A DNA stretch of 64,000 nucleotides, from positions 20,708,001 through 20,772,000 of the forward strand of contig OZ231126.1 in NCBI GenBank assembly GCA_965153355.1, read 5' to 3'. Shown here one piece after another: positions 14,234 to 24,696 of the stretch. The number at the start of each line of letters is the position of its first letter. The first letter of the stretch is position 1. The DNA is from Flaccisagitta enflata. Taxonomy: Eukaryota. The notes under the pieces are model-generated. The model was given only the letters and a program-made list of their open reading frames with translations, ran no database searches and was not told the origin of the DNA. Made by a program: the position numbers and the translations under genes.

Positions 14234-14248
14234 TGCTTCTACCCTTTA
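14234..14248 (-). promoter_or_regulatory. Polypurine tract
   Basis: Minus strand AAAGGGTAGAAGCA directly before the 3' LTR. Confidence 0.75.
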
Positions 14249-14292
14249 TAAATTTTTAGTCCCTAAAAACACGGAATCCTCTCCAACAGAAG

Positions 14293-15896
14293 TTAATTTC
14301 GCGAGCGTGATCTCGCACGGGACTTCGCACGTGAGCGAGAACGAGAGGATGAACTTCTCTTCCTTTTCCTACTTCGGCCTTCGCGCGTATCACCGCGGCT
14401 GCGGGGGCGGGATGGCGATGGGTTGGCGTCATGGTACGCGACAGCGTGTCGCATCTCTTCACCGCCAAAACCACCGAATTTGATGCAAAAATCGTAGAGA
14501 AGCGAGGCGTTAATGTCTCGATGACGAAGCGCGAAATAAGAAGGAGAAGTCGTGTCACCAAACAAACAGGCGCGCCAACAAAACGGACCTCCCGTCATGG
14601 CCTCAGACAGACCGGAAACAGTATCGCGGACACTATTTCGAGAGGCAAGATCGACGGCGTCAACGACTGAGGACGGAGACCAATTGTATTTGAAGAAGAG
14701 GAAATCCAACAACGGACCACCGCGATGAACGAACAAAGTCTTATCGGCGGTCTCGCTGGCAAGAACACGAACAAAATCTTCGAGGACGGAATAGGAGAGG
14801 AAGGTTGAGACATGAAACGTTTTTCTCTTTAGGCGGATCGTGAGAAAGTCCATTTCATCGATTCCCGTCATTTTCTTTAGTCGATAGGTGATGGCGAGAA
14901 ATTTGGACTCCCGTAAGCGTTGGCGGAAGTCAACGACGTCAGAGGGAAGGACGAGGATGCGACTTTCGCCGGTTGCCAAATTGTGCAGCGGCCGATTGTC
15001 GTTGCAGCACGGCTCAAATTCACTCGCACTAGACGGGCAAGTGAGGCGAAGGCGGCGTCGCCTTTTGAAATATTCGCCGATGGGTTTGGAACGAGCTGCG
15101 GCTACTTCCGCTACCTCCAACAACAATTCTGCATCGTCGCCGCAGATGGCTGCAATAACGGCGGCGAAGTCAACGATCTCGATTTCACCTTTTTCGTAGA
15201 GGCAAAGCGCTTCATCGACGGCAAAGCGGGCGCGAAGGGGGTAAGCCTCACGAGGGATGGGGACATTGGATTTGGCGCTTAATAGGCGGATAAATTTCCA
15301 AATGCGCCTTTCCGTCCAACGTTCTGTTGCTTTTGAGTCGTCGTAGTCGTTTTGAAAAAAAACGCTCTTCCGCATTTCCGCCAGAATCGCATTTTTATCT
15401 CGCGAATGAACCGCTGCGAGACGCATAACGTGGGCAACTTCGTGAGATCCGAAATTGCGGGCCGTTTCATCAATCATGTTCCCATCATTTGCATCTCCCA
15501 TGACGTTATCGAGCAAAATGATGGGGTCAACGTCAAAGTGTTTCAAATTGACGACGGTGTGGAGGCGGCTCACCCCAAATATCTGTTGGTAAACCATTTC
15601 AAGCACAAAATCATCGATTGCGGTACCTGTGAAGAAGCTTAAGGCCGTGCGACCAAGACGGTACAGCCTGGCTTTGTCGCCGTCGTCGATATCACGGAAA
15701 CGCCGTAACGCGGTAAGGAAGCGTCGTGATGTGACGGGCGTCCGAGTTGACTCAAGGCGCGAGAGGACATCGTAGAAGTCGTCGGGTTTACAGCGAGCTA
15801 GTTTACTCACTACCCGATCAATAAACTGATTTTCACTACGGGTGTCGTTGTCGCTGTTGTTGTTGTTGTCGCTGTTGCTGTTGTTGCTGTTGTTGC

Positions 15897-15927
<31 letters not shown>

Positions 15928-18234
15928 GCTGTTGCTGCTGCTGTTGTTGTTGCTGTTGCTGCTGTTGTTGTTGCTGTTGTTGCTGTTGTTGTTGTTGTTG
16001 TTGTTGCTGTTGTTGCTGTTGCTGCTGCTGTTGTCGTTATTGTTGTTGTGTTCGGCGTTGTTATTGTTGTTGTTGTTTTGACGCCGATAGGTCACTGACC
16101 GACTTCCCGAATCGGAACGACGCGAACCCGAGGCAGAGCCATCAGGCCGAGGATGAGGAGGAGGCATCAACGGAGGAGGATACGTGCCTCTGTCTGCAGA
16201 AACATCATTATAGCGAAAGGCAGAGCGTGAACGGGAAGGGGGCTCATGAAAGGTAGAAGTAAGACGGGAAGAAATAGAATATTGTGAAGAGGAATTACCA
16301 AGCAACGACATTGTCAAAGGTAGAAGCGGTAAAGCAGCAGATTTTACTTTAGACTTATCAGTGGTGAGATGAGAGATAGGATAGGAAACAGGATTTTTGG
16401 AAGAAAGAAGCGATTTATCATTCCCATCAAGGTTTTTAGAATAGAAGGGGGCAACATCAATTTCCTTAACAACTTTCATCGATTCATATTCATCAATGCA
16501 ACCAATTTCACTTTCAGGTTCACTCTCACCCTCATTGACGTTTTTTCCATGAGAGCTATTGCGCAACGCCGAGCGTCTCTGATCCGGACTAGGAGTTGCA
16601 TCCATTCGATTGGCCGAAGATGACGACGAGGGGGAGGCGGAGGGGGACGAGGAAGAGGAATGATGACGCGACACGACCGGCATTTTGGCTTTAACAACCA
16701 AAGAATCTTCTTGAAAGGAAACTTTGCGGCATTCGTCGTCGCTACGATCGCTAAGCTTCCGTTTTGGCGCCGTTTTATCGGTAGACAACGCCGCAGGCGT
16801 TATCTTTTCAGCGGCAGGGATCGCGATAACGACACGACCGAGACAATCGCGATCAGGGGGGGAAGAAGATGAACCGGCGGATTGAGTAGAGGGAAGGGGA
16901 AGAAATTGAGAAGAGGCCGGCACGTAAGTTTCTTGCATGATGGTGCGTTTGCTATCCCATTGAGAGCGAAGAATGGCGCAAACGATTTGTTTTTCTCTTC
17001 TTCTAATCATCTCTTTCTCTTCAAAGGTGGCGACCTTGTCGCGGACGTCGTCCCATTTTGCGAATACGCCATCGACAGTCTCACGTTGTTTGGGGGTTAA
17101 TTCTGATGGGGGATCGCAGAAGGGGGAATTGCCGGCTCTCATGTCCATCAAATCACAAAGAGCTTTGACCATTTCGGTAGCAGAGTGGCTGTCAAAACTC
17201 AATTCCTCGTCGCAGACAAGCGCAAAGATCGAAGGGCAGACACTAATCATGTCTGCCAAGCCGGTGGCAGTGTCAAGTCCAATCAACGCATCGTGACCGC
17301 AGTAGCTCAATGCTACACCGGAGAGGCGGCCTTTAATTTCGCCGTAATCGGCCAAATGATTGCGAAGTTTGGGTCGTTTGTCGACGACGACATTTTCTTT
17401 GACGAATTCATACTGGAATTTGAGAGATGTGGCGCCGAGGATACCGCGATTTTTGCTTTCATGACAAGATGCCATAAAAACGCGGAGCGCTTCTGGGCCA
17501 CGGGCGAAGTTGGAGAGGAAGGCATATTGGAGGCCAGTGTCAATGAAACGAACATTTTCGATTTGGTTTTCCTCAAGTCCGAGGGACTTAAGGAGAGAAG
17601 GAAAATCGCCGGCAATCGCGTTTCCTGCGACGATAATGTTCCAATGGGTGATTACTTTTATGATGATTTCGTAATCACCTTCGTTTTGGAGACTGGTGGG
17701 GGGGCCTTTTGGGAGTCTTTTTAGTCCACTTCGCATTTGCAAGACGATGACTTTTTTGTCGTTATTGTGACGATACGCGAGCTGGATAGTCGCGCCTTTG
17801 TCTTCCTGATCGAGGCCGACGAAAATAGGTTTGGGGGACTTGTCGGCGATTTGGAGAAGGGGCGTGAGGTGTTGTTCGGCGGCATCATACGAACGGACAT
17901 GAACAATTTCTTTTGGGGTCAGTTTATCAAGAGTCACGCCGGGGGTCTTCAACTGACGTTTAAATTCGTAATCGAAATATTGACCTTCGTCGATTGTGGG
18001 GGAGGGCCTAGACTGACCGCGGTACGGGGGAACGTCCTCCATACAATATCGGATTTTGTCTTCCAAATGAGACTCGACCGGAATGACAAGCGCGGCACCA
18101 TCTTCGTAAGGATTCGGGACGGGCGTGGGCAGTTTAAATTGAGTCCCGTCAGGATAGAAATGACGTAGCCACGTCGCTTCTTCATCCCGCTTTTTCTGTT
18201 TGTCTGTTCTGTTTGTCTCTTTCTTTTTGGGCAT
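14293..18234 (-). CDS. ORF3, about 1313 aa: DEDDy 3'-5' exonuclease domain, S/N-rich linker, helical region, degenerate second exonuclease-like domain and RS tail
   Basis: Uninterrupted ORF between pol and the PPT, first ATG at 18234. ExoI FVGLDQE..ATIQLA, ExoII AGNAIAGDF, RFIDT, SLK, ExoIII YCGHDA. No signal peptide or transmembrane segment is evident, so it is not env. Confidence 0.88.
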
Positions 18235-19530
18235 TATCAACTTGGATAGAATCCAAATTGAGGACGCGGAAAAGAGTATATATGTAAGAATTGAACTCCT
18301 GACTAAGAGTTTGAAAGCAAAATGGGGTAAAGTTACGCGGGGAAAAGAGCGTGTTTCATTTCAAATAAACTTTTCATTTCAAATCATATCATTCATTTCA
18401 AAACAGAGCCACTTTAATTTATAACGAATCTTCATGGATATTCCGGAATTTCAGAGTGTTTCCATTAAATAACTCTATAAATGAAAAGGAGAAATTGGTA
18501 ATTAATTCATTTGAAGGCTTCTTTGCATCAAGAAATCGTCCCTTGTGATTCGACCTTCCACCAGAGTTGACAGCCTATTATAAAAGATGAGAAATGTTGT
18601 ACCATCTTGATTGATAAAAGGATTCGATATGTGCAAATACCAAATCATTTCCATATGATAAAATGAATCATCCAATCACTCTTCATTCACTGCGCTTCTT
18701 CATGTTCTTCTAACATACCCAATCCAAATTCCATATTTCCAAGTTGGCGTTTTGCAGTAAGGATTACCTCGTATCCAAGCGTGGTAACATCAATGTTCGG
18801 TTTTCCCGCTCAAGTTCAAGCAGGGGGTAAATCTTTTAAACGACTACCTAAAACATCTGGTAAATGGTAGAGATTAAGGTACCTGAAGGAAAAACCTACT
18901 AAAGGTTAGTAAGTTACCAGTAATTGAAATCTCGAGATGGCCAATTCTGGATGTAAAGTTGTTGCGCAACGTAACTTGAGATGGTGTTTGTGTCCAGGTT
19001 TTCTTCATATTGAATCTTGGAACTTGATGCCCATCGTGATGTTACTAACTAGCCCAGGAAAAGGAATAGGAAGGGCACAGGAACCCCACCATAGCTTGGG
19101 GATTCCGGAGGCCCAAACATGGCATGAACAGACAATGAACATATTTACAAAGTACCATGTGAACAATGATACAGATTGATGTCAGAGGGGGGGGGGCCAA
19201 TGTAAACGACTGAAGAACAGCCATTCAGACGCTGATATGGAACAATCGTGGGGGGGGGTAACAATCATGGGGGTAACGACAAATCCCGTGACAAAATCCA
19301 CGGGGGGGGGGGGGAAACATTTTAAATCCAAATGGCAGTGAAGAGGAACAACGAAGGGGGGGGGGGGGATATTGAGCATCGAGACAGAAGCCATAAATGC
19401 AATAACAGAGTAAGAGTAGCCAAGAAAGCAGGGGGGGGGTGTACTATGCTAGATGCAAATAATACGATTAACGAGCGAAAATTGATAGAAAAACCATAAC
19501 GTGAGAGTTAAAGCTATTCAGAAGAACAAC

Positions 19531-22500
19531 TTAATCCTTTGGAGTGCTTGCGGTTTGAGGTTGAGGTTGCGGATTGGGCGCCGAACTGCTTGGAGCGGCA
19601 GCCTGAGGATCTCCGCTTTGCCAGAAATAGCTGAAGGGGCGTAGTAGGAGTGAAGATTGATTTGCGCCTTGCGTGCTTTCCGGGGTGCTGATTGCGGATG
19701 ATGTGGACGGTTGTTGGGCGACCCTGATGTTTTGAATATCGTCTTTGTTTGGGACGAACGGCTCCTCTTCTTCCTCGAACACGTCCATGCTTGCGATTCG
19801 TTCCCGAATGAGATCTGCTGAACTGAAGGAAGCGAAAACGTCAGGAAGAGATTCGTCGCTTTCGGTCTCCTGCGATGTCGTGCGACGGTTCATCGATCTA
19901 ACGCGTTGCCCAACTTTCACGACAGCGTCTTTGGCTTCGGACCTTCGCTGCTCTTCCCGATTCTGTTGGAAACGTGTTCTCATGGAAGGAGCTGGCGGAG
20001 GACGGCTTACCGATTTTGGGCGAACCGCTTTTGGAGGTGGGTGGGACATCTCGGCAGAAGAAGAGGCTGGCGGCGTTTTGAGTGGGGCTGCATCTTCCTC
20101 CACTGGGATCAATTCCGGCGTTGTTCTTTTCCTCCTGTTGCGGGTTGTGGTTGCCGGCAAGTCGTCTGTTGAGGGTGGGACGCTGGCTTGATCGGCATCC
20201 GTACGCGAAGAAAGCGTTGGGCTGCTACCTGTTGGATCAATGGGCTCGGATTTAGGGCTTACCTTAATTAAGAGTTCGGATGGCGATGCCATCGAAGCAG
20301 CCGTAGGAGAGAGTGCCGCATAGAGTGGGGCAGCGGGGGCAGATTCGTCCGGAGACGAGTCTGGAGAAGTTTCATCAGGGGGAGCAAGTAGGGCGGAGTT
20401 GCCCGTTGCGGAAGCGAGCTGACCAGAGTGGCCCGATGTGGTGACTGGGAGCTGCGACGCTGGAGGGAGCGGCAACACTTGCGGAGGTTGTGTTGTTGGC
20501 GGAGATGGCGTCGTGGGTGGAGGCGGCGTTGCTGGTGGCGGAGGAGTCGGCGTTGCCGCAGGCAATACCGGGGCTGGCGTGAGGCTTTGGAGCGTTGCTG
20601 GGATAAGAGCCAGGGTGCGTCCTCTCGTTGGTCTGAGAATTGGTTTTAGGTTGGCCAGTGGGAGGTCAACAGTGGTGGTTGGAGGCGCATCTGGATCATC
20701 GGAATATGAGGGACCGATAGTCTTTCCCTGGTCTTCCGCTTCGGCCTTCTTAAGTTGCTCGTAGTTGCGATTGACCAGCTTCCCATCTGTCCTTTCGCAG
20801 ACATACGTGGTGCCAGGATTGCCTGAAGGGTCACGTCGACGTCTTTGGACCTTGAGGGGGCCGGACCATTTTGACTGAAGTTTGTGACGCGTGCCATCTG
20901 GCACACGTTCGTAGACGCGGTCGCCTTCCTCAAGCGGCGTATGTTTCACCTTCCGGTTGTACGCCTCTACATCTTTGACCCGTTGGGAATCAATGCGCTT
21001 TCGAGCTTCTTCGTGGATTTCCTCAGTTCGTTTTCGGACCTTTTCGATGTAGGCTTTGCTGTCTGGGTCCCTGACCGTAGAGGTCTCTGCGGGAACCGCA
21101 AAGGTAGGAAGCGGAGGGTCCCTTCCGTACATGAGGAAATAGGGCGTCATCTTGCTGTTGTATCGTGGGGTGTTGTTGTAGGACCATTCGACGTAAGGGA
21201 GATGCTCGACCCAGGAGTGTCCGTATTGAATGAGCCGCTTTCTCAAGTCTTTAATCAAGGTTCGATTGAACCTTTCAACGTGACCTTGCGACTGGGGTCG
21301 GTAGGGGATGCTGGTGCGTTTTTGTGCTCCCTTGACCTTGCACATATCCTTCAACAGGTCAGAGTCAAATTCGCCTCCATTGTCCGACGTGAGTAGGCGA
21401 GGTGGCCCGATGATGCATGTGAGGTCCTCAAAAGCGCGGCATACACCTCTGGTGTGTTTGTCCTTCAGTTTGAAGAGCTTCACGTATCCAGAGAACACGT
21501 CGATGAAGACCAAGACATGATGGAATCCAAGGGAAGCCGTAGGCAAGGAGATCAGATCGCAGACCACATGGTCCCAGACGTTTTCGGCTTTAACCGGGAT
21601 ACGGGGCGTGCGGTTTGCAGGAAGGGGTTCGCGCTCTTGGTCACAAACCTTGCAGTTCTTGATGAACCTCCTGATGTCCTTGCTGAGGGATGGCCACGTA
21701 GCGTACCTGTTCACCATGAGGAGCATTTTGTCATGAGATGGGTGTCCAGCCATGTATTCGCCGTGGAGATCTTCCAGGACCGATTTTGTCATGGATGGAG
21801 GGATGACGGCTTGGAGGATGTCAAGATGACTGCATTCGCTGTAGGCCTTCTTGTAAAGAATGCCATTTTGGAGAATGAACCACCTTCGATTGGAAGAGTA
21901 CCATCCATCTGGGAAGTCGTCTGGGATACGTTTGCGAGCTCTAAGGAAGCTTTTGACGGTAGAGATTGTTGCGTCGTCGTTCTGAGCTTTGCGTAACATA
22001 TCTTCATCTTCCTCGAACGCATTGAAGCGGACTGCTGAGAATTGGTCCTCGCACGTAATGGCAAGGAATGCAAACTCGTCACTGTCCTCGGCGATTTCGT
22101 CATCGTCATCGCCACGACGACTCATCGCGTCTGCGTCGGCATGAGACTTGCCTTCCTTGTAGATCAACTCAAAGTCGTAGGAGTTGAGTTCGATTGTCCA
22201 CCGGGTTCGTCTTCCAGTGGGGTCCTTCCTTGAGTCGATCTTCTTCCACGCTAATAGGGGGCGATGGTCGGTTATGGCAAGGAATGGGGCGTGGCGCAAG
22301 TAATGAGCATTCGCGCGGACCGCGCAAAGGAGAGCAAAGTACTCACGGTCGTAAGTTGACCAATTTTGCTGAGGACGGCTCAACTTCTTAGAACCATATG
22401 AGATGACTTTCTCTTTGCCGTCGACCTTTTGGGTGAGTACATATCCGATGGCGGTCAGGGATGCGTCGGATTTAATGATGAAAGGCTTGGCGAAGTCTGG

Positions 22501-24696
22501 GTAGCACATAACGTTGTTGGAAGTCAGGTAGTCCCTCAAGGTTTCGAAGGCGTGTTGGTGAATGCTGGTCCACTTCCATTCCACATCCTCCTTGGTGAGC
22601 TCTGTGAGGGGTTGGGCGATGTCACTATAGCCTTTGATGAAGTGGCGATAGTAGCCGGTAAGACCAAGGAAAGTCCTTAGCCTCTTGATGTTTTCGGGCG
22701 TCTTCCATGATTTGATCTTGTCCATGTTGGCCGGATCAGGACCAATCCCGTACTTGCTAAGTTTGTGCCCTAGGCACACAACAGAGTCTTGAGCGATGTG
22801 GCATTTGGACGGGTTGAGCTTCAACCCGGCCTTTTCCAGCGCCGTGAGGACTAGGTCCAAGTGGTGAAGATGATCTTCCATGTTGCTGTCGGCGACCAAA
22901 ATATCGTCGAGGTAGGAGATCACATGTTGAGAAGGGAGTCCCCGCAGCACGAGTTGCATGAGCGCCGTTAGGTAGCTTGGAGAGTTTTTTGCGCCCATAG
23001 GGGCCACTAAATATTCCAAGTGCATCGTCTCCGTCGAAAACGCGAAATATTTGCAGTCCTCGGGAGCAATCGGGATCTGCCAAAAGCCTTTGGTCAGATC
23101 GAGAGAGCTGAAGATGCGGGGATCCTTGAGACGTTGGATGCTGTCCTCAATTCGGGGAAGTGGGTAGACGACTTTATCGCATCTCTCGTTCACCTTGCGG
23201 AAGTCTGTTAGGAAACGGAAGCCTCCAAACTTCTTTTTGGCGAGGAGGATAGGCGCAGAGTAGGGGCTTGTAGACGGACGGACTAGTCCATCTGCCATCA
23301 TTTCAAACGCCTGCTTGTCGATAGCTTCCCGAGCTTCTGGGGTGGTTCGGTAAGGGGAGACAGAAATAGGAGGGCCAGGTGGATTCTTCATGTGTGCGCG
23401 GTATTGGATCACAGATGTCTTTCCGTAATCTCGGTCGTGTTGGCTGAAGGCACCCTCATGTTTCACTTCCAAGAGATTCTTGAGTTGGTCTTTGTAAGGT
23501 TTTGCTTCCTCCGAGATGGTTGAGTAATCGATGCTGAGGGGTTTAGCACCAGGCGGTATTCTCTTTCTTCTTGCCCGTGGTGGAGGGGTCCAACCACTTC
23601 GTGGAGGGGGGGTGTCTTGTGGCTGTGGGGGATCGAGAATGTCCACTTGGTGGGCTGCGAGCGTTTGGGAATTGGGAGGTCTGTCGCAGACAATTTCCTC
23701 CAGTTCTTCATCATCACTATCGGCTTCAGAGGAGTTGCCAGATTCGTAAGCCGAATCATCGCTAACATAATCATTGACCATCTCTGTCTTGTAGCAATAT
23801 TTCTCAAGCTCAAAGGGGTCAAAGAATTCTGCATAACCCAAGACGCGACCGGCTTCCAATTTGACATCGGAGTCTGTGCAGTTCATGAGTTCAGTGAGGA
23901 ACATGCAGTCCCTGACATCGGAAATCGCTCTGCATGTGGCAGCTTGTTCGCCTTGGTCTACAAAGGGCTCCGTGGCCACCATTGTTGATGCTGCTTTGAT
24001 GTGGTCTTTGTCTGCCATGAGTTCGACCATCTTGTGCATTTTGCTGTTGGCTGGGATAGTGACGTCTTCGTGAATTCGGTAGAAGCAGCCGGAGAGAACT
24101 GTACTGTCTTTGACCAGGGGAGTGGGGGCCCAGTCTCTGAATTCCAACAGACCCTCAACAGTGTTGAGAGTGGCTTTGAATTTTGAGAAAAAGTCCCAAC
24201 CAAGGATGACGGGCTGAATGAGACCTCTGACAACACGACAATTGATTGCCATGTAATTGTTGTTAATTCGGAATGGGACATTGACGATACCGATGGTTAA
24301 GACTTTTGACCCGTTGATTGCTGTGCCGCGAGTTGTCAGATTTCTGTAGGGGCGTTTTCTCAGGGCAGGGCTATCTCTGAAGAAATCTTCCGAGATAGTG
24401 CAACGGCTCGAGCCCGTGTCGCCAAGGGCAAGGACCTTTTGGTACTTGCCATCAAGCCCTGTCTTTATGGAGATCGAGAATTCGGCCTTCCACTGGGGTC
24501 TGTAGTCGCCTGGAGGGGGATCTGGGGATTCGGGGTAAGTGTGGGATTCTGGAGTATCCGGTATCAAGTGGGGATCAGGGGGTTTTGGAAAATCTGCTGA
24601 GTTGAGGGAGGGGGCGAGTTTTGCAGTTCCGATCTCTGTGCGCCCCTTGACAGAGTCGGGAGCTAGTTTTCCGGATTCCGACCTTGGCGGGCCAGT
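19531..24696 (-). CDS. pol: Pol polyprotein (aspartic protease, RT, RNase H, integrase, long P/S/T-rich tail)
   Basis: Protease LGDTGS. RT SLDLTKGFWQI and YLDDILV. RNase H SDAS...RE...TDH...DAMSR. Integrase HGEYMAGH...CKVC, CDL, SDNGGEF, GHVERFN and a GPY/F-like KWSGPL. No stops. Confidence 0.97.
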   Translation of the reverse strand, partial: TGPPRSESGKLAPDSVKGRTEIGTAKLAPSLNSADFPKPPDPHLIPDTPESHTYPESPDPPPGDYRPQWKAEFSISIKTGLDGKYQKVLALGDTGSSRCTISEDFFRDSPALRKRPYRNLTTRGTAINGSKVLTIGIVNVPFRINNNYMAINCRVVRGLIQPVILGWDFFSKFKATLNTVEGLLEFRDWAPTPLVKDSTVLSGCFYRIHEDVTIPANSKMHKMVELMADKDHIKAASTMVATEPFVDQGEQAATCRAISDVRDCMFLTELMNCTDSDVKLEAGRVLGYAEFFDPFELEKYCYKTEMVNDYVSDDSAYESGNSSEADSDDEELEEIVCDRPPNSQTLAAHQVDILDPPQPQDTPPPRSGWTPPPRARRKRIPPGAKPLSIDYSTISEEAKPYKDQLKNLLEVKHEGAFSQHDRDYGKTSVIQYRAHMKNPPGPPISVSPYRTTPEAREAIDKQAFEMMADGLVRPSTSPYSAPILLAKKKFGGFRFLTDFRKVNERCDKVVYPLPRIEDSIQRLKDPRIFSSLDLTKGFWQIPIAPEDCKYFAFSTETMHLEYLVAPMGAKNSPSYLTALMQLVLRGLPSQHVISYLDDILVADSNMEDHLHHLDLVLTALEKAGLKLNPSKCHIAQDSVVCLGHKLSKYGIGPDPANMDKIKSWKTPENIKRLRTFLGLTGYYRHFIKGYSDIAQPLTELTKEDVEWKWTSIHQHAFETLRDYLTSNNVMCYPDFAKPFIIKSDASLTAIGYVLTQKVDGKEKVISYGSKKLSRPQQNWSTYDREYFALLCAVRANAHYLRHAPFLAITDHRPLLAWKKIDSRKDPTGRRTRWTIELNSYDFELIYKEGKSHADADAMSRRGDDDDEIAEDSDEFAFLAITCEDQFSAVRFNAFEEDEDMLRKAQNDDATISTVKSFLRARKRIPDDFPDGWYSSNRRWFILQNGILYKKAYSECSHLDILQAVIPPSMTKSVLEDLHGEYMAGHPSHDKMLLMVNRYATWPSLSKDIRRFIKNCKVCDQEREPLPANRTPRIPVKAENVWDHVVCDLISLPTASLGFHHVLVFIDVFSGYVKLFKLKDKHTRGVCRAFEDLTCIIGPPRLLTSDNGGEFDSDLLKDMCKVKGAQKRTSIPYRPQSQGHVERFNRTLIKDLRKRLIQYGHSWVEHLPYVEWSYNNTPRYNSKMTPYFLMYGRDPPLPTFAVPAETSTVRDPDSKAYIEKVRKRTEEIHEEARKRIDSQRVKDVEAYNRKVKHTPLEEGDRVYERVPDGTRHKLQSKWSGPLKVQRRRRDPSGNPGTTYVCERTDGKLVNRNYEQLKKAEAEDQGKTIGPSYSDDPDAPPTTTVDLPLANLKPILRPTRGRTLALIPATLQSLTPAPVLPAATPTPPPPATPPPPTTPSPPTTQPPQVLPLPPASQLPVTTSGHSGQLASATGNSALLAPPDETSPDSSPDESAPAAPLYAALSPTAASMASPSELLIKVSPKSEPIDPTGSSPTLSSRTDADQASVPPSTDDLPATTTRNRRKRTTPELIPVEEDAAPLKTPPASSSAEMSHPPPKAVRPKSVSRPPPAPSMRTRFQQNREEQRRSEAKDAVVKVGQRVRSMNRRTTSQETESDESLPDVFASFSSADLIRERIASMDVFEEEEEPFVPNKDDIQNIRVAQQPSTSSAISTPESTQGANQSSLLLRPFSYFWQSGDPQAAAPSSSAPNPQPQPQTASTPKD
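24611..24672 (-). promoter_or_regulatory. -1 programmed ribosomal frameshift signal (slippery heptamer plus H-type pseudoknot)
   Basis: G GAA AAC (24672-24666) precedes the gag TAG. After a 6-nt spacer, stem 1 is CCGACTCTGT/ACAGAGATCGG. Loop GGGGCG pairs with downstream CGCCCC (24616-24611). The pol frame is open from 24696 and is -1 relative to gag. Confidence 0.85.

Noticed and set aside
14293-18240. ORF3 as env
   Set aside because: No signal peptide, fusion peptide or transmembrane anchor is visible. It has exonuclease motifs and basic NLS-like ends instead.
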